This document shows positions 1-8,840 of a DNA stretch of 64,000 nucleotides, one piece after another. This DNA comes from an uncultured Actinomycetes bacterium (lineage in GTDB: Bacteria > Actinomycetota > Actinomycetes > Streptosporangiales > Streptosporangiaceae): NCBI GenBank assembly GCA_963741615.1, contig CAVUIU010000001.1, positions 6,185 to 70,184 on the forward strand, read 5' to 3'. The notes under the pieces were generated by a model. The model saw only the letters and a list, made by a program, of their open reading frames with translations. It searched no databases and had not been told where the DNA came from. Numbering within the stretch: position 1 is the stretch's first letter; every line of letters starts with the position of its first letter. The position numbers and the translations under genes are program-made.

Positions 1-1
1 C

Positions 2-340
2 CTGAAGGCCGCGGGGACGATGCTCGGGTCGGGGGCGCTGGTGGTGATGGCCGAGGGCACCGACCTGCTCGCCGCGGCCACGAACGTGCTGCGGTTCTTC
101 CGCGACGAGTCCTGCGGCAAGTGCGTGCCCTGCCGGGTCGGGTCGGCCAAGGCGCACCGGATTCTCACCGACCTGCTGGCGTCCGGCGGCGGGCCCGGTG
201 ACGTTGACGGGCAGATCACCGAGCTGGAAGAGGTCATGCGCAAGACCTCGATCTGCGGGCTGGGCCAGGTGGCGCTGGGCCCGGTGATGAGCGTCACGAG
301 GCTGGCGCGTGACACCCGGGGGAGTCGCGACGGAGACTGA
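2..340 (+). CDS. NuoF/FdsB-like NAD(H) dehydrogenase Fe-S subunit, C-terminal fragment (5' end outside window)
   Basis: Frame is open from the window edge to the stop at 338-340. The tail carries the NuoF-type 4Fe-4S motif ESCGKCVPCR ... TSICGLGQ. Confidence 0.7.
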   Translation: MKAAGTMLGSGALVVMAEGTDLLAAATNVLRFFRDESCGKCVPCRVGSAKAHRILTDLLASGGGPGDVDGQITELEEVMRKTSICGLGQVALGPVMSVTRLARDTRGSRDGD

Positions 341-1577
341 CGCGGCCACCCCCGCGGCGCGGGAGTTCTTCCGCACCCGTACGGTTGCCGAGGCGCTGGC
401 CGGGTTCCGCCCGCAGCGGCGCACGCCCCCGGAGACGGTGCCGGTCACCGAGGCCCTGCACCGGGTGCCGGCGGCGCCGGTCAGCGCACCGCACGCGCTG
501 CCCGGCTTCGCGCGCTCCACCGTGGACGGCTACGCGGTGCGGGCCGCCGACACCTACGGGGTTTCCGAGGGCCTGCCCGGTTATCTCCGGGTGGTGGGCG
601 CCGTGCGGATGGGCGCGGAACCGGAGGTGAGCGTCGGCCCGGGGACGGTGGCGAGCATGCCCACCGGCGGCGTGCTGCCCGCCGGGGCGGACGCCGTGGT
701 CATGATCGAGTACACCCAGCAGGCGATGGCCGACACCATCGAGGTGGTCAGGCCCGTCGCCCCCGGGGAGGGCATCGTGCGGGCCGACGAGGACGCGGCT
801 GCCGGGGCCGAGCTGGTGCCGCGGGGCCGGCCGCTCCGGGCCCAGGATCTCGGCATGCTGGCGGCGGCCGGGGTCACGGGTGTCAGCGTGCACGCCCGCC
901 CGGCGGTGACGGTCTTCTCCACCGGCGACGAGGTGGTGCCGCCCGCCACCGCGGCACTGCGGCCCGGCCAGGTCCGTGACGCTTCGGCGGCCGCCCTCGC
1001 CGCGATGGTGACCGAGGCGGGCGGCGAGCCGGTCCCCGGCGGCATCGTGCCCGATGACCGGCAGGCCCTGGAGTCAGCCGTGCGGGCCGCGCTCACCGGC
1101 AGCGACCTGATCGTCATCTCGGCCGGCTCGTCGGTCGGGGCGCGCGACGAGACGGCCGGCGTGGTGCGCCGCCTCGGCCAGCCGGGGATCTGGTGCCACG
1201 GCCTGGCGATCCGCCCCGGCAAGCCCACGCTGCTCGCCGACTGCGGTGGGGTGCCGGTCATCGGGCTGCCGGGCAACCCGCGTTCCGCGCTCGTCGTCTT
1301 CCGGCTGATCGGGATCCCGCTCGTGCGGCTCGTCGGCGGCTGCACCGCGCCGCCGCCCGAGCCGGCCGTGCGGGCGCGGCTCGCGCGCGACCTGGCATCG
1401 GCGACCGGGCGCCTCGACGTCGTCCAGGTCAGTGTCCACGACGGCATCGCGACCCCGATCTTCGGGCTCTCCGCGCTACTCTCCGTGCTCACCGCCGCCG
1501 ACGGGTATGTGATCATCCCCGAGGAGGCGACCGGGCTCGACGCCGGCGCCGAGGTCGAGGTCACCTTGTATCGTTAG
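309..1577 (+). CDS. moeA: Molybdopterin molybdenumtransferase MoeA
   Basis: 422-aa ORF with MoeA-like blocks (STVDGYAVRAAD, PTGGVLPAGADAVV, FSTGDE, ISAGSSVG, GLPGNP). GTG start overlaps the upstream stop by 32 nt. Confidence 0.85.
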   Translation: MTPGGVATETDAATPAAREFFRTRTVAEALAGFRPQRRTPPETVPVTEALHRVPAAPVSAPHALPGFARSTVDGYAVRAADTYGVSEGLPGYLRVVGAVRMGAEPEVSVGPGTVASMPTGGVLPAGADAVVMIEYTQQAMADTIEVVRPVAPGEGIVRADEDAAAGAELVPRGRPLRAQDLGMLAAAGVTGVSVHARPAVTVFSTGDEVVPPATAALRPGQVRDASAAALAAMVTEAGGEPVPGGIVPDDRQALESAVRAALTGSDLIVISAGSSVGARDETAGVVRRLGQPGIWCHGLAIRPGKPTLLADCGGVPVIGLPGNPRSALVVFRLIGIPLVRLVGGCTAPPPEPAVRARLARDLASATGRLDVVQVSVHDGIATPIFGLSALLSVLTAADGYVIIPEEATGLDAGAEVEVTLYR

Positions 1578-1585
1578 CGACGGCC

Positions 1586-3496
1586 ATGGCAGACAGTCCC
1601 TTCATCCGCGACGTCCCCGCCGCCCGCGCCCGGGACGCCTGGCGCGGCGCACGCGATGGCGCGGGATGCCCGGCCAGGCTGCCGGTGGTCAGGGCCAGGG
1701 TCGAGGACTCCGCCGGCCGGGTCACCGCCGAGCCGGTGTGGGCCACCCGTTCCTCGCCGCCGTTCGACGCGGCCGGCATGGACGGCATCGCGGTGCGGGC
1801 CGCCGACACCCTCGGCGCGAGCGAGACCACACCGGTCCACCTGGAGCCGGGGGCGTACGACATCGTCGACACCGGCGACCCGATGCCCGACGGGCGCGAC
1901 GCGGTGGTGATGCGCGAGCACGTGCACGACAGCGGCGGCACCGCCGAACTGCGCGCAGCCGTTCCGCCCTACCAGCACGTCCGCTCGATCGGCGAGGACG
2001 TGAGCTCAGCCGAGCTGCTGCTCCCCGAGGGCCACCGGCTGCGGGCCACCGACGTCGCCGCCGCCGCCGCGGCAGGGGCGACGCACGTCCTCGTCCGGCG
2101 CCGCCCGGTTGTCGCCATCCTGCCGACCGGGGACGAGGTACGGCCGATCGGGCAGCCCACCGGCCCCGGGGAGATCATCGACACCAACTCGCTCATGCTC
2201 GCCACGCAGGCACGCGAGGCCGGCTGCGAGGCGCACTGCCTGCCGATCGAGCCGGATGACCCGGCCCGCATCGCCGCCGCGGTCAGCGCCGCCGTCTCCG
2301 CCTGTGACCTGCTCATCATCGTGGCGGGCTCGAGCGCGGGCCGCGACGACTACACGGCCAGGGTGGTCGCCGAGCTCGGGACGCTGGCCGTGCACGGCGT
2401 CGCCGTCCGGCCGGGCCACCCGGTGGTGCTGGGAGTCGTCGGGGGCACACCCGTCCTCGGCGCCCCCGGCTACCCGGTGTCCGCGGCGCTGACTTTCGAC
2501 ATCTTCGCCGAGCCGCTGCTCGCCGAGCTGGAAGGCGCCGCGCCCCGCCGGCGGCCGCGGACGAGCGCGCGGCTGGCCCGTAAGCTCGCCTCGCCGCTCG
2601 GCATGGATGACTGGGTGCGGGTGCGGCTGGGGATGGTGGGCGGCACGATGGTCGCGACCCCGCTGCCACGCGGGGCCGGGGTACTGACCTCGCTGGTCCG
2701 CGCCGACGGGCTGCTCGTCGTCCCGGCCGGGCTCGAGGGCCATCATCCGGGCGAGCGGGTCGAGATCGAACTGCTGCGCGGCATCGAGGAGATCTCCCGC
2801 ACGATCGTGGCCATCGGCTCCCATGATCTCGTCCTCGACCTCGCCTCCTCCGCGCTGCGTGCCGAGGACCCACTGGTCACCCTGGCATCGTCGAACGTGG
2901 GCTCGCTCGGCGGCCTGGTGGCCCTGCGGGACGGGCTGTGCCACATCGCCGGTTCCCACCTGCTGGATCCGGCCACCGGCGAGTACACGCTGCCCTACGT
3001 CGACCGCGTTCTCGGCGGCGCCGACATCTGCGTCGTCCGGCTCGTGCACCGCGATCAGGGGCTGATGGTCGCCGCCGGCAACCCGCTGGGCCTGACGGGG
3101 TTCGGCGACCTCACCCGGGCCGGGGTGCGCTATGTCAACCGCCAGCGCGGCGCGGGCACCCGCGTACTGCTCGACCACGAGCTGGGCCAGCGCGGGATCA
3201 GCCCCGCCGCCATCGGGGGCTACGCCCGCGAGGAGCCCACCCACCTGGCGGTCGCGGCGGCGATCGCCGCCGGGCGGGGTGACGCCGGCCTGGGGATCAT
3301 GGCGGCGGCGCGGGCCTTCGGCCTTGACTTCGTGCCGGTCACCCGCGAGCCCTATGACCTGGTCGTGACCGCTGACGCCATGGCGAGCCCGCTGCTCGCC
3401 CCGCTGTGGGCGCTGCTGCACTCCGACCGGTTCAAGGCGGCGGTCGAGGAACTCGGCGGCTACACGGCGAAGGAGATGGGCCGGCGCATCAGGTGA
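1586..3496 (+). CDS. Second MoeA paralog fused to a C-terminal periplasmic-binding-protein-like domain
   Basis: The track ORF starts at 1193, but protein-like sequence begins at ATG 1586, 9 nt after the moeA stop. N-terminal part has MoeA blocks (GMDGIAVRAAD, LPTGDE, AGSSAGRDD, GAPGYP). The last ~230 aa (IVAIGSHD...GSLGGL...GYAREE...) looks PBP-like. Confidence 0.8.
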   Translation: MADSPFIRDVPAARARDAWRGARDGAGCPARLPVVRARVEDSAGRVTAEPVWATRSSPPFDAAGMDGIAVRAADTLGASETTPVHLEPGAYDIVDTGDPMPDGRDAVVMREHVHDSGGTAELRAAVPPYQHVRSIGEDVSSAELLLPEGHRLRATDVAAAAAAGATHVLVRRRPVVAILPTGDEVRPIGQPTGPGEIIDTNSLMLATQAREAGCEAHCLPIEPDDPARIAAAVSAAVSACDLLIIVAGSSAGRDDYTARVVAELGTLAVHGVAVRPGHPVVLGVVGGTPVLGAPGYPVSAALTFDIFAEPLLAELEGAAPRRRPRTSARLARKLASPLGMDDWVRVRLGMVGGTMVATPLPRGAGVLTSLVRADGLLVVPAGLEGHHPGERVEIELLRGIEEISRTIVAIGSHDLVLDLASSALRAEDPLVTLASSNVGSLGGLVALRDGLCHIAGSHLLDPATGEYTLPYVDRVLGGADICVVRLVHRDQGLMVAAGNPLGLTGFGDLTRAGVRYVNRQRGAGTRVLLDHELGQRGISPAAIGGYAREEPTHLAVAAAIAAGRGDAGLGIMAAARAFGLDFVPVTREPYDLVVTADAMASPLLAPLWALLHSDRFKAAVEELGGYTAKEMGRRIR

Positions 3497-3535
3497 GCCT
3501 CGGCGCGGGTGAGGCGCGCGCGGGCCACGCCTGTT

Positions 3536-4363
3536 TCAGCGGCGCCTGACGGCCCGCAGGGTGTAGCTGTGGGCGAGCCGCCACGGGCGGTCGGTCAGCC
3601 GCCATTCGCCGTTCTCGAGCAGCTCCATCTGGCCCGGCAGCGCTTCCCAGGGGACGCTGTCATGCTCGGTAAACCCGGTCAGCTCCATCCCCGCGTCCAG
3701 CAGCGCCGTGACGATCTCGCCGATGCCGTGGTTCCACGAGTGGGTCCGGTTGTGGGTGAAGACCGCGTCCGTCTCGACATAGGTGCCGTCATCGTCGAAA
3801 ACCAGCGGCTCCTCCCGCTCGAAGTAGGGATAGTCCACCACGAGCAGGTTGCCGCCCCAGTCCTCGTCGAGGGCCCACATCATCGGGTGGCCCTCGCGGA
3901 TGAACAGCCGGCCGCCCGGGCGCAGCAGGCCGGCCACCACACCCGCCCACCGCGCGATACCGGGCAGCCAGCCCAGCGCGCCGATCCCGGTGTACACCAG
4001 GTCGAACGACTCCGGGTCCAGGACCGTGGCCGCGTCATACACGTCGGCTTCGACGAAACGGATATCGGCGCCGGCCAGGCCTGCGATGCGCCGGGCCTGG
4101 GCCAGCGAAGCGGGGGAGAAGTCCAGCCCGGTCATCTCGGCGCCCAGGCGGGCCAGCGAGATCGTGTCGGTGCCGATGTGGCACTGCAGGTGGACGCCGC
4201 GCAGGCCGCTGACGTCGCCCAGCAGCGGCAGATCGAACCGCACCACCTTGCTGAGGAAGGCGGGATCCGCGGCGAAACGCTCCACCGCGTAGCCGGGGGA
4301 GGCCGCATGCGGCCCGGCCCGCTCGTCCCAGTTCGCCCGGTTGAGTTGCCGGTAGTCTTCCAC
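3536..4363 (-). CDS. Class I SAM-dependent methyltransferase
   Basis: 275-aa ORF. Rossmann-type SAM motif region VHLQCHIGTDTISLARLGA..TGLDFSP and the overall layout fit small-molecule methyltransferases. Confidence 0.75.
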   Translation of the reverse strand: MEDYRQLNRANWDERAGPHAASPGYAVERFAADPAFLSKVVRFDLPLLGDVSGLRGVHLQCHIGTDTISLARLGAEMTGLDFSPASLAQARRIAGLAGADIRFVEADVYDAATVLDPESFDLVYTGIGALGWLPGIARWAGVVAGLLRPGGRLFIREGHPMMWALDEDWGGNLLVVDYPYFEREEPLVFDDDGTYVETDAVFTHNRTHSWNHGIGEIVTALLDAGMELTGFTEHDSVPWEALPGQMELLENGEWRLTDRPWRLAHSYTLRAVRRR

Positions 4364-4475
4364 CGGCCCATGATGTCACGCCCGTCGGCCCCAGCTGGGC
4401 ACGCTTGCCCTGGTAGGAGGCATCAACCCAGGCGCCGGGGCACCCGCACCCGGCTCGCCAGGCTACGCTCGGCTC

Positions 4476-5384
4476 ATGGCCCTGCACATCCCCAGCCCGC
4501 CGGTCAACGGCTTCCACATCGGCCCGGCGTTCATCCACTTCTACGGGCTGATGTACGTCATCGCGATCACGGTCGCGATCCTGATCACACAGCGCCGTTG
4601 GAAGGCCCAGGGCGGCGACCCCGGGCTGGTCGGCGACGTCGCCCTCTGGGCGGTCCCGGCCGGGATCGTCGGCGGCCGGATCTACTTCGACCTGACCACC
4701 CCGAAGTACATCCCGCACCACTGGTACGGCGTCTTCGCCGTCTGGGACGGCGGGCTGGGCATCTGGGGCGGCATCGCGCTGGCCGCCGTGGTCGGGGCGT
4801 GGCGGGTGCGCCGGAGCGGCGCGAACGCGGGCCTGTTCATGGACGCGGTCGCCCCGGCGCTGCTGGTGGCGCAGGCGATCGGCCGCATCGGCAATTACTT
4901 CAACAAGGAACTGTTCGGCGGCCCGACCAGCCTGCCCTGGGGGCTGGAGGTCCCGCCCGCCTACCGGCCACCCGGGTACGCGGCCTACAGCACGTTCCAC
5001 CCGACCTTCCTCTACGAACTGATCTTCAACCTCGCGCTCGCGGCCTTCCTGGTCTGGCTGGGCCATCACCGCTCGATCAAGCCGCCAGGCCTGTTCGCGC
5101 TGTACGTCACCGGGTACTCGGCATTCCGGATCTTCGAGGAGTCGCTGCGGGTCGACCCGTCCGAGCACTTCCTCGGGCTGCGGTTCAACATGTATGTCGC
5201 GAGCATCCTCACCGTAGTCGGCATCGTGTGGTTCTGGCGCTCGCAACGCCGCGCGCCCGCGCCCGGGGGACAAGCCGCCTCGGGCAGCCAGGCCGGGGCG
5301 GATGTGGCCCACGTGCAGGCTGAGCCGGATGGGCCTGCCCAGGTGGGCGCGGACGCCGCGGAGCCGGGCACCCCTGGATCATGA
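4476..5384 (+). CDS. lgt: Prolipoprotein diacylglyceryl transferase
   Basis: 302-aa polytopic ORF with Lgt-like N-terminus (IHFYGLMYVIAI, GGRIYF, WDGGLGIWGG, QAIGRIGNYFNKELFG) and the Pro/Ala-rich tail common in actinobacteria. Confidence 0.9.
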   Translation: MALHIPSPPVNGFHIGPAFIHFYGLMYVIAITVAILITQRRWKAQGGDPGLVGDVALWAVPAGIVGGRIYFDLTTPKYIPHHWYGVFAVWDGGLGIWGGIALAAVVGAWRVRRSGANAGLFMDAVAPALLVAQAIGRIGNYFNKELFGGPTSLPWGLEVPPAYRPPGYAAYSTFHPTFLYELIFNLALAAFLVWLGHHRSIKPPGLFALYVTGYSAFRIFEESLRVDPSEHFLGLRFNMYVASILTVVGIVWFWRSQRRAPAPGGQAASGSQAGADVAHVQAEPDGPAQVGADAAEPGTPGS

Positions 5385-5448
5385 TCCCGGTTGGGGCGGC
5401 GGCCGCCGCCCCAGGGTGTCTCATTATCTGGACACGTATGATCAGTAT

Positions 5449-6690
5449 GTGAGCACGTTCGGGAGTGGGCGGGGCGGGCGGCGTCCAGCACGGCGGTGGC
5501 TGGTGCTGGCGGCCGGGACCGTCGCGCTAACCGCGGGCTCCGCGTTCCAGTACGGCCTGGCCTACCTGATACCCGCCCTGCGCGCGGCCGGCCTCTCGCT
5601 CGCCCAGGCCGGGGTGATGGTCGCCTGCCCCACCATCGGGCTCCTGCTCACCCTGGTCGCCTGGGGCGCCGCCGCGGACCGCTGGGGTGAGCGCCGGGTC
5701 CTGGCCACCGGGCTGAGCATCGCGGGCCTGGTGCTGCTCGCTGCTACCCGGGCCCGGGGAATGGCCGCGCTCGGCGCCTGTCTGGTGCTGGCCGGGGCGG
5801 CGGGGGCCTCGGTCTACGCCGCGAGCGGGCGGCTCATCCTGGGCTGGTTCGCGGCCACGGAGCGCGGGCTGGCGATGGGCATCAGGCAGAGCGCGCAGCC
5901 GCTGGGGGTGGCGGTGGCCGCGCTGGCCCTGCCCTCGCTGGCGGCCAGGGGACTGCCCGCGGCGCTGATCTTCCTGGGTGGGTTCTGCCTGGCCGCGGCG
6001 GCGATCGTGGTGGCCGTCGTGCGAGACCCGGCGCGGGAAGGCGCGCGGGAGCAGGCGCAGCGGGGCTCGCCGTACAAGACCGGAGTGCTGTGGCGGATCC
6101 ACGCCGCGAGCGCGCTGCTGGTCGTCCCACAGTTCACCGTGGCCACCTTCGCGCTGGTCTTCCTGGTCGACACCCGGGGCTGGCCACCGGCAGCCGCCGG
6201 GACGCTGCTGGCGGTGGCGGCGGCCGGCGGGGCCGCCTCCCGGCTGGCGGCCGGGCACTGGTCGGACCGGGTGGCCAGCCGGATGCGGCCGATGCGGATC
6301 CTCGCCCTGGCCACCACGGCCATCCTGGTGGCGCTGGCGCTGGCGGCCGGCTCAGCATCGGCGCTCGCGGTGCCCATCCTGCTCGCCGCCGCCGTCCTGG
6401 CGGTGAGCACCAACGGGCTCGCCTTCACCGCGGTCGCCGAGTATGCCGGGCCCGCCTGGGCGGGCCGCGCCCTCGGCATCCAGAACACCGGGCAGAACGC
6501 GCTCGCCGCGCTCACCCCGCCCATCGTCGCCGTCATCATCGGGGTGGCTGGCTACCCGGTGGCCTTCGCCGCCGCGGGGGCGCTCCCGCTGGCCGCCGCC
6601 GCGCTGGTGCCGCTGGCCGCCGAGCGGCGGGCAGCACGCCGGGCCGGGCCGGCGGCGGTGGCCACCGCCGCCACCATGGAGGGCGACTAG
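5449..6690 (+). CDS. MFS transporter (12-TMS type)
   Basis: Hydrophobic repeats throughout. The track ORF begins at 5302, but its first 49 codons overlap lgt and are Arg/Pro-rich. GTG 5449 precedes the first TM segment, so the start is uncertain. Confidence 0.7.
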   Translation: MSTFGSGRGGRRPARRWLVLAAGTVALTAGSAFQYGLAYLIPALRAAGLSLAQAGVMVACPTIGLLLTLVAWGAAADRWGERRVLATGLSIAGLVLLAATRARGMAALGACLVLAGAAGASVYAASGRLILGWFAATERGLAMGIRQSAQPLGVAVAALALPSLAARGLPAALIFLGGFCLAAAAIVVAVVRDPAREGAREQAQRGSPYKTGVLWRIHAASALLVVPQFTVATFALVFLVDTRGWPPAAAGTLLAVAAAGGAASRLAAGHWSDRVASRMRPMRILALATTAILVALALAAGSASALAVPILLAAAVLAVSTNGLAFTAVAEYAGPAWAGRALGIQNTGQNALAALTPPIVAVIIGVAGYPVAFAAAGALPLAAAALVPLAAERRAARRAGPAAVATAATMEGD

Positions 6691-7529
6691 GGCACCTCCG
6701 GTGCCTGGCGCGGCCCCCAGGGATCTGCACCGCCGGGCTCCGGCTCCTGGAGCGGGGCCCGCGCGAGCAGCGCGGCCGGGCCCGGCCCGGGCAGGTCGTC
6801 CCGCACCGGAGCCCAGAAATCGGCTCCCGGGGTGGCCTCCACCTGCAGCCGGGAACCTCCCCGCCAGGCGGCGTCGAACGCCAGCCGCCAGGAGTGCAGC
6901 AGCGTCCGAGCGGCGCCCGCGGCCCCGAACAGCGGGTCCCCGTCGACCGGGTGACCGATCCAGGCCAGGTGAACCCGGATCTGGTGACGGCGGCCGGTGG
7001 CCGGCCGGACGGCCAGCAGGGCATGCCGGCCGTCCTGCCACAGGGTCGTGAAGGTGGTGACCGACGGGTAGCTGCGGACGTGGCTGAAGATCTCGGACTC
7101 CGGGACCGACCACGAGCCGTGAACCGCGTCGGCGACGATGGCGGCCCGCTGGGCGGCCACCCGGACGCGGCCCTTGCGGCCGGCGCTGAGCGGCAGGTCG
7201 ATGGCACCCCGGTCCGGCATGCCGCCCGGCGCGACGATGGCGAGATAGGCCTTGCCCACCGTGCGCTGGGCGAACTGCCGGGTCAGCGGGCCGTGCCAGC
7301 GCAGTTCCTTCGCGAACAGGACGGCACCGGAGGTCACCTTGTCGATCCGGTGCACGGGGAACAACTGCTCGCCGGCCTCGGCCGCCATCCGGACCAGGTC
7401 GGTCTCATGCCGCTCACCCATGACGGAGACGCCGGCCGGCTTGTTCAGCACCAGCATGGCCTCGTCCTCGGCGACCACGCCGCCGGCCCGGATGTCGGCC
7501 CACCCGCTCACCACCCGATCGCCCGCCAC
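6687..7529 (-). CDS. RluA-family pseudouridine synthase
   Basis: The 3' third of the 510-aa minus ORF has RluA motifs (LVLNKPAGVSV, HRIDKVTSGAVLFAK, GRRHQIRVHLA). The upstream part is antisense to the P450 gene. GTG 7529 was chosen as the first start before the catalytic core, so the start is uncertain. Confidence 0.75.
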   Translation of the reverse strand: MAGDRVVSGWADIRAGGVVAEDEAMLVLNKPAGVSVMGERHETDLVRMAAEAGEQLFPVHRIDKVTSGAVLFAKELRWHGPLTRQFAQRTVGKAYLAIVAPGGMPDRGAIDLPLSAGRKGRVRVAAQRAAIVADAVHGSWSVPESEIFSHVRSYPSVTTFTTLWQDGRHALLAVRPATGRRHQIRVHLAWIGHPVDGDPLFGAAGAARTLLHSWRLAFDAAWRGGSRLQVEATPGADFWAPVRDDLPGPGPAALLARAPLQEPEPGGADPWGPRQAPEVP

Positions 7530-7604
7530 GGGGACATCTTCCCGCCTGGCGGCGATGCGGGCAGAATCGGCGGTACCGGGCTGCAGGAGCGAGGAGGCGG
7601 CGCC

Positions 7605-8828
7605 GTGCGGGACACCACGCTGGATGAGGCGGGCCACGGCGGGGCGCCGGCGTCCGCACTGGACCCGTTCGGCGACGGCTTCCTGCGCGACCCCTTCGCC
7701 TGTCACGCGCAACTGCGGGAGGCGGGCCCCGTGGTCTGGCTGGAGCGCTACGGCGTGTGGGCGATGGCGCGCTACGCCGAGGTGCACGACGCGCTCCGGG
7801 ACTGGGAGACCTTCTCCTCCTCGGCCGGCGTCGGCCTGAGCGACTTCCGCAAGGAGAAGCCGTGGCGCCCGCCGAGCCTGCTGCTGGAGGCCGATCCGCC
7901 GGAGCACTCGCGGGCGCGCAAGGCGGTGGCCCGGGCACTGTCCCCGCGCACCGTGCGCGACCTGCGGGAAGAATTCGCCCGGGACGCGGAGCAGCTGGCC
8001 GCGGAGCTGCTGGCGCGCGGGACGGTGGACGGGGTGCGCGACATCGCGGAGGAGTTCCCGCTGCGGGTGTTCCCACGTGCGGTGGGCCTGGCCGACGACT
8101 GCCGGGACCAGCTGCTCGCCTACGGCAACATGGCCTTCAACGCGTTCGGCCCGCGCAATCACCTGGTGGCGGAGTCGCTGGCGCGGATGGACGGCGTGGT
8201 CGCGTGGATCGCCGCGCACTGCACCCGGGATGCGCTGGCCCCGGGCGGTCTCGGCGCGCGCATCTACGCCAGCGCCGACCAGGGCGAGATCACCGAGGAG
8301 GAAGCCGCGCTGCTGGTCCGGTCGCTGCTCACCGCGGGGGTCGACACCACGGTCATCGGGCTGGGCTGCGCGCTGGACTGCCTGGCCCGCGACCCTGCCC
8401 AGTGGCGGCTGCTGCGGGATGACCCGTCACTGGCGGGCGCCGCGTTCGAGGAGACGCTGCGGTACGCCTCACCGGTGCAGACGTTCTTCCGGACCACCAC
8501 CCGCCCGGTGACGGTCAGCGGGGTGACCATCGGCGCGGGGGAGAAGGTGCTGCTGTTCCTGGCCGCCGCCAACCGGGACCCCCGCCGCTGGCCGGACCCG
8601 GACCGCTTCGACATCCGCCGCCGGGCGGTCGGCCACGTCGGGTTCGGGTACGGCATCCATGCCTGCGTCGGGGCCGCCCTGTCACGGGTGGAAGGGGAGG
8701 TGCTGCTGCAGGCGCTCGCCCGGCAGGCGGCATCGCTGGCCCCGGCGGGGGAGCCGGTCCGGCGTCTCAACAACACCCTGAGCGGGTTCGCGTCGCTCCC
8801 GCTGACCCTCCGCGCCCCGGCGCCCTAG
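7605..8828 (+). CDS. Cytochrome P450 monooxygenase
   Basis: The 3' 407 codons of the 912-aa ORF carry the EXXR region (ETLRY) and the heme loop FGYGIHACVGAAL. GTG 7605 sits 8 nt after the GAGGAGG Shine-Dalgarno at 7591-7597. Confidence 0.9.
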   Translation: MRDTTLDEAGHGGAPASALDPFGDGFLRDPFACHAQLREAGPVVWLERYGVWAMARYAEVHDALRDWETFSSSAGVGLSDFRKEKPWRPPSLLLEADPPEHSRARKAVARALSPRTVRDLREEFARDAEQLAAELLARGTVDGVRDIAEEFPLRVFPRAVGLADDCRDQLLAYGNMAFNAFGPRNHLVAESLARMDGVVAWIAAHCTRDALAPGGLGARIYASADQGEITEEEAALLVRSLLTAGVDTTVIGLGCALDCLARDPAQWRLLRDDPSLAGAAFEETLRYASPVQTFFRTTTRPVTVSGVTIGAGEKVLLFLAAANRDPRRWPDPDRFDIRRRAVGHVGFGYGIHACVGAALSRVEGEVLLQALARQAASLAPAGEPVRRLNNTLSGFASLPLTLRAPAP

Positions 8829-8840
8829 CAGCGGCAACGG

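Noticed and set aside
1193-1585. N-terminal 131 codons of the 767-aa track ORF
   Set aside because: They overlap moeA (309-1577) in another frame and translate to Arg/Pro/Ala low-complexity sequence. Recognisable MoeA sequence starts at ATG 1586.
2006-5312. Long antisense ORFs 2006-3421(-) and 4035-5312(-)
   Set aside because: They lie opposite moeA2, the methyltransferase gene and lgt. Composition is dominated by Arg, Gly, Pro and Asp, and no motifs are present. These are GC-driven open frames.
6090-7604. 5' two-thirds of the 912-aa plus-strand ORF
   Set aside because: It is antisense to the MFS and RluA genes and consists of Gly/Arg/Pro-rich nonsense, typical of open off-frames in high-GC DNA. 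Only the P450 part from GTG 7605 is credible.
7530-7604. Minimal RiPP precursor (biarylitide-type pentapeptide gene) upstream of the P450
   Set aside because: I looked for a tiny ORF of the MRYYH/MRYLH type with its own Shine-Dalgarno in the 75-nt spacer. The only ATG (7555) opens a long out-of-frame read-through, not a short Tyr/His peptide.
7530-8219. 5' part of the 510-aa minus ORF
   Set aside because: It is antisense to the P450 gene and has no homology-like blocks. The RluA catalytic core starts near 7529.
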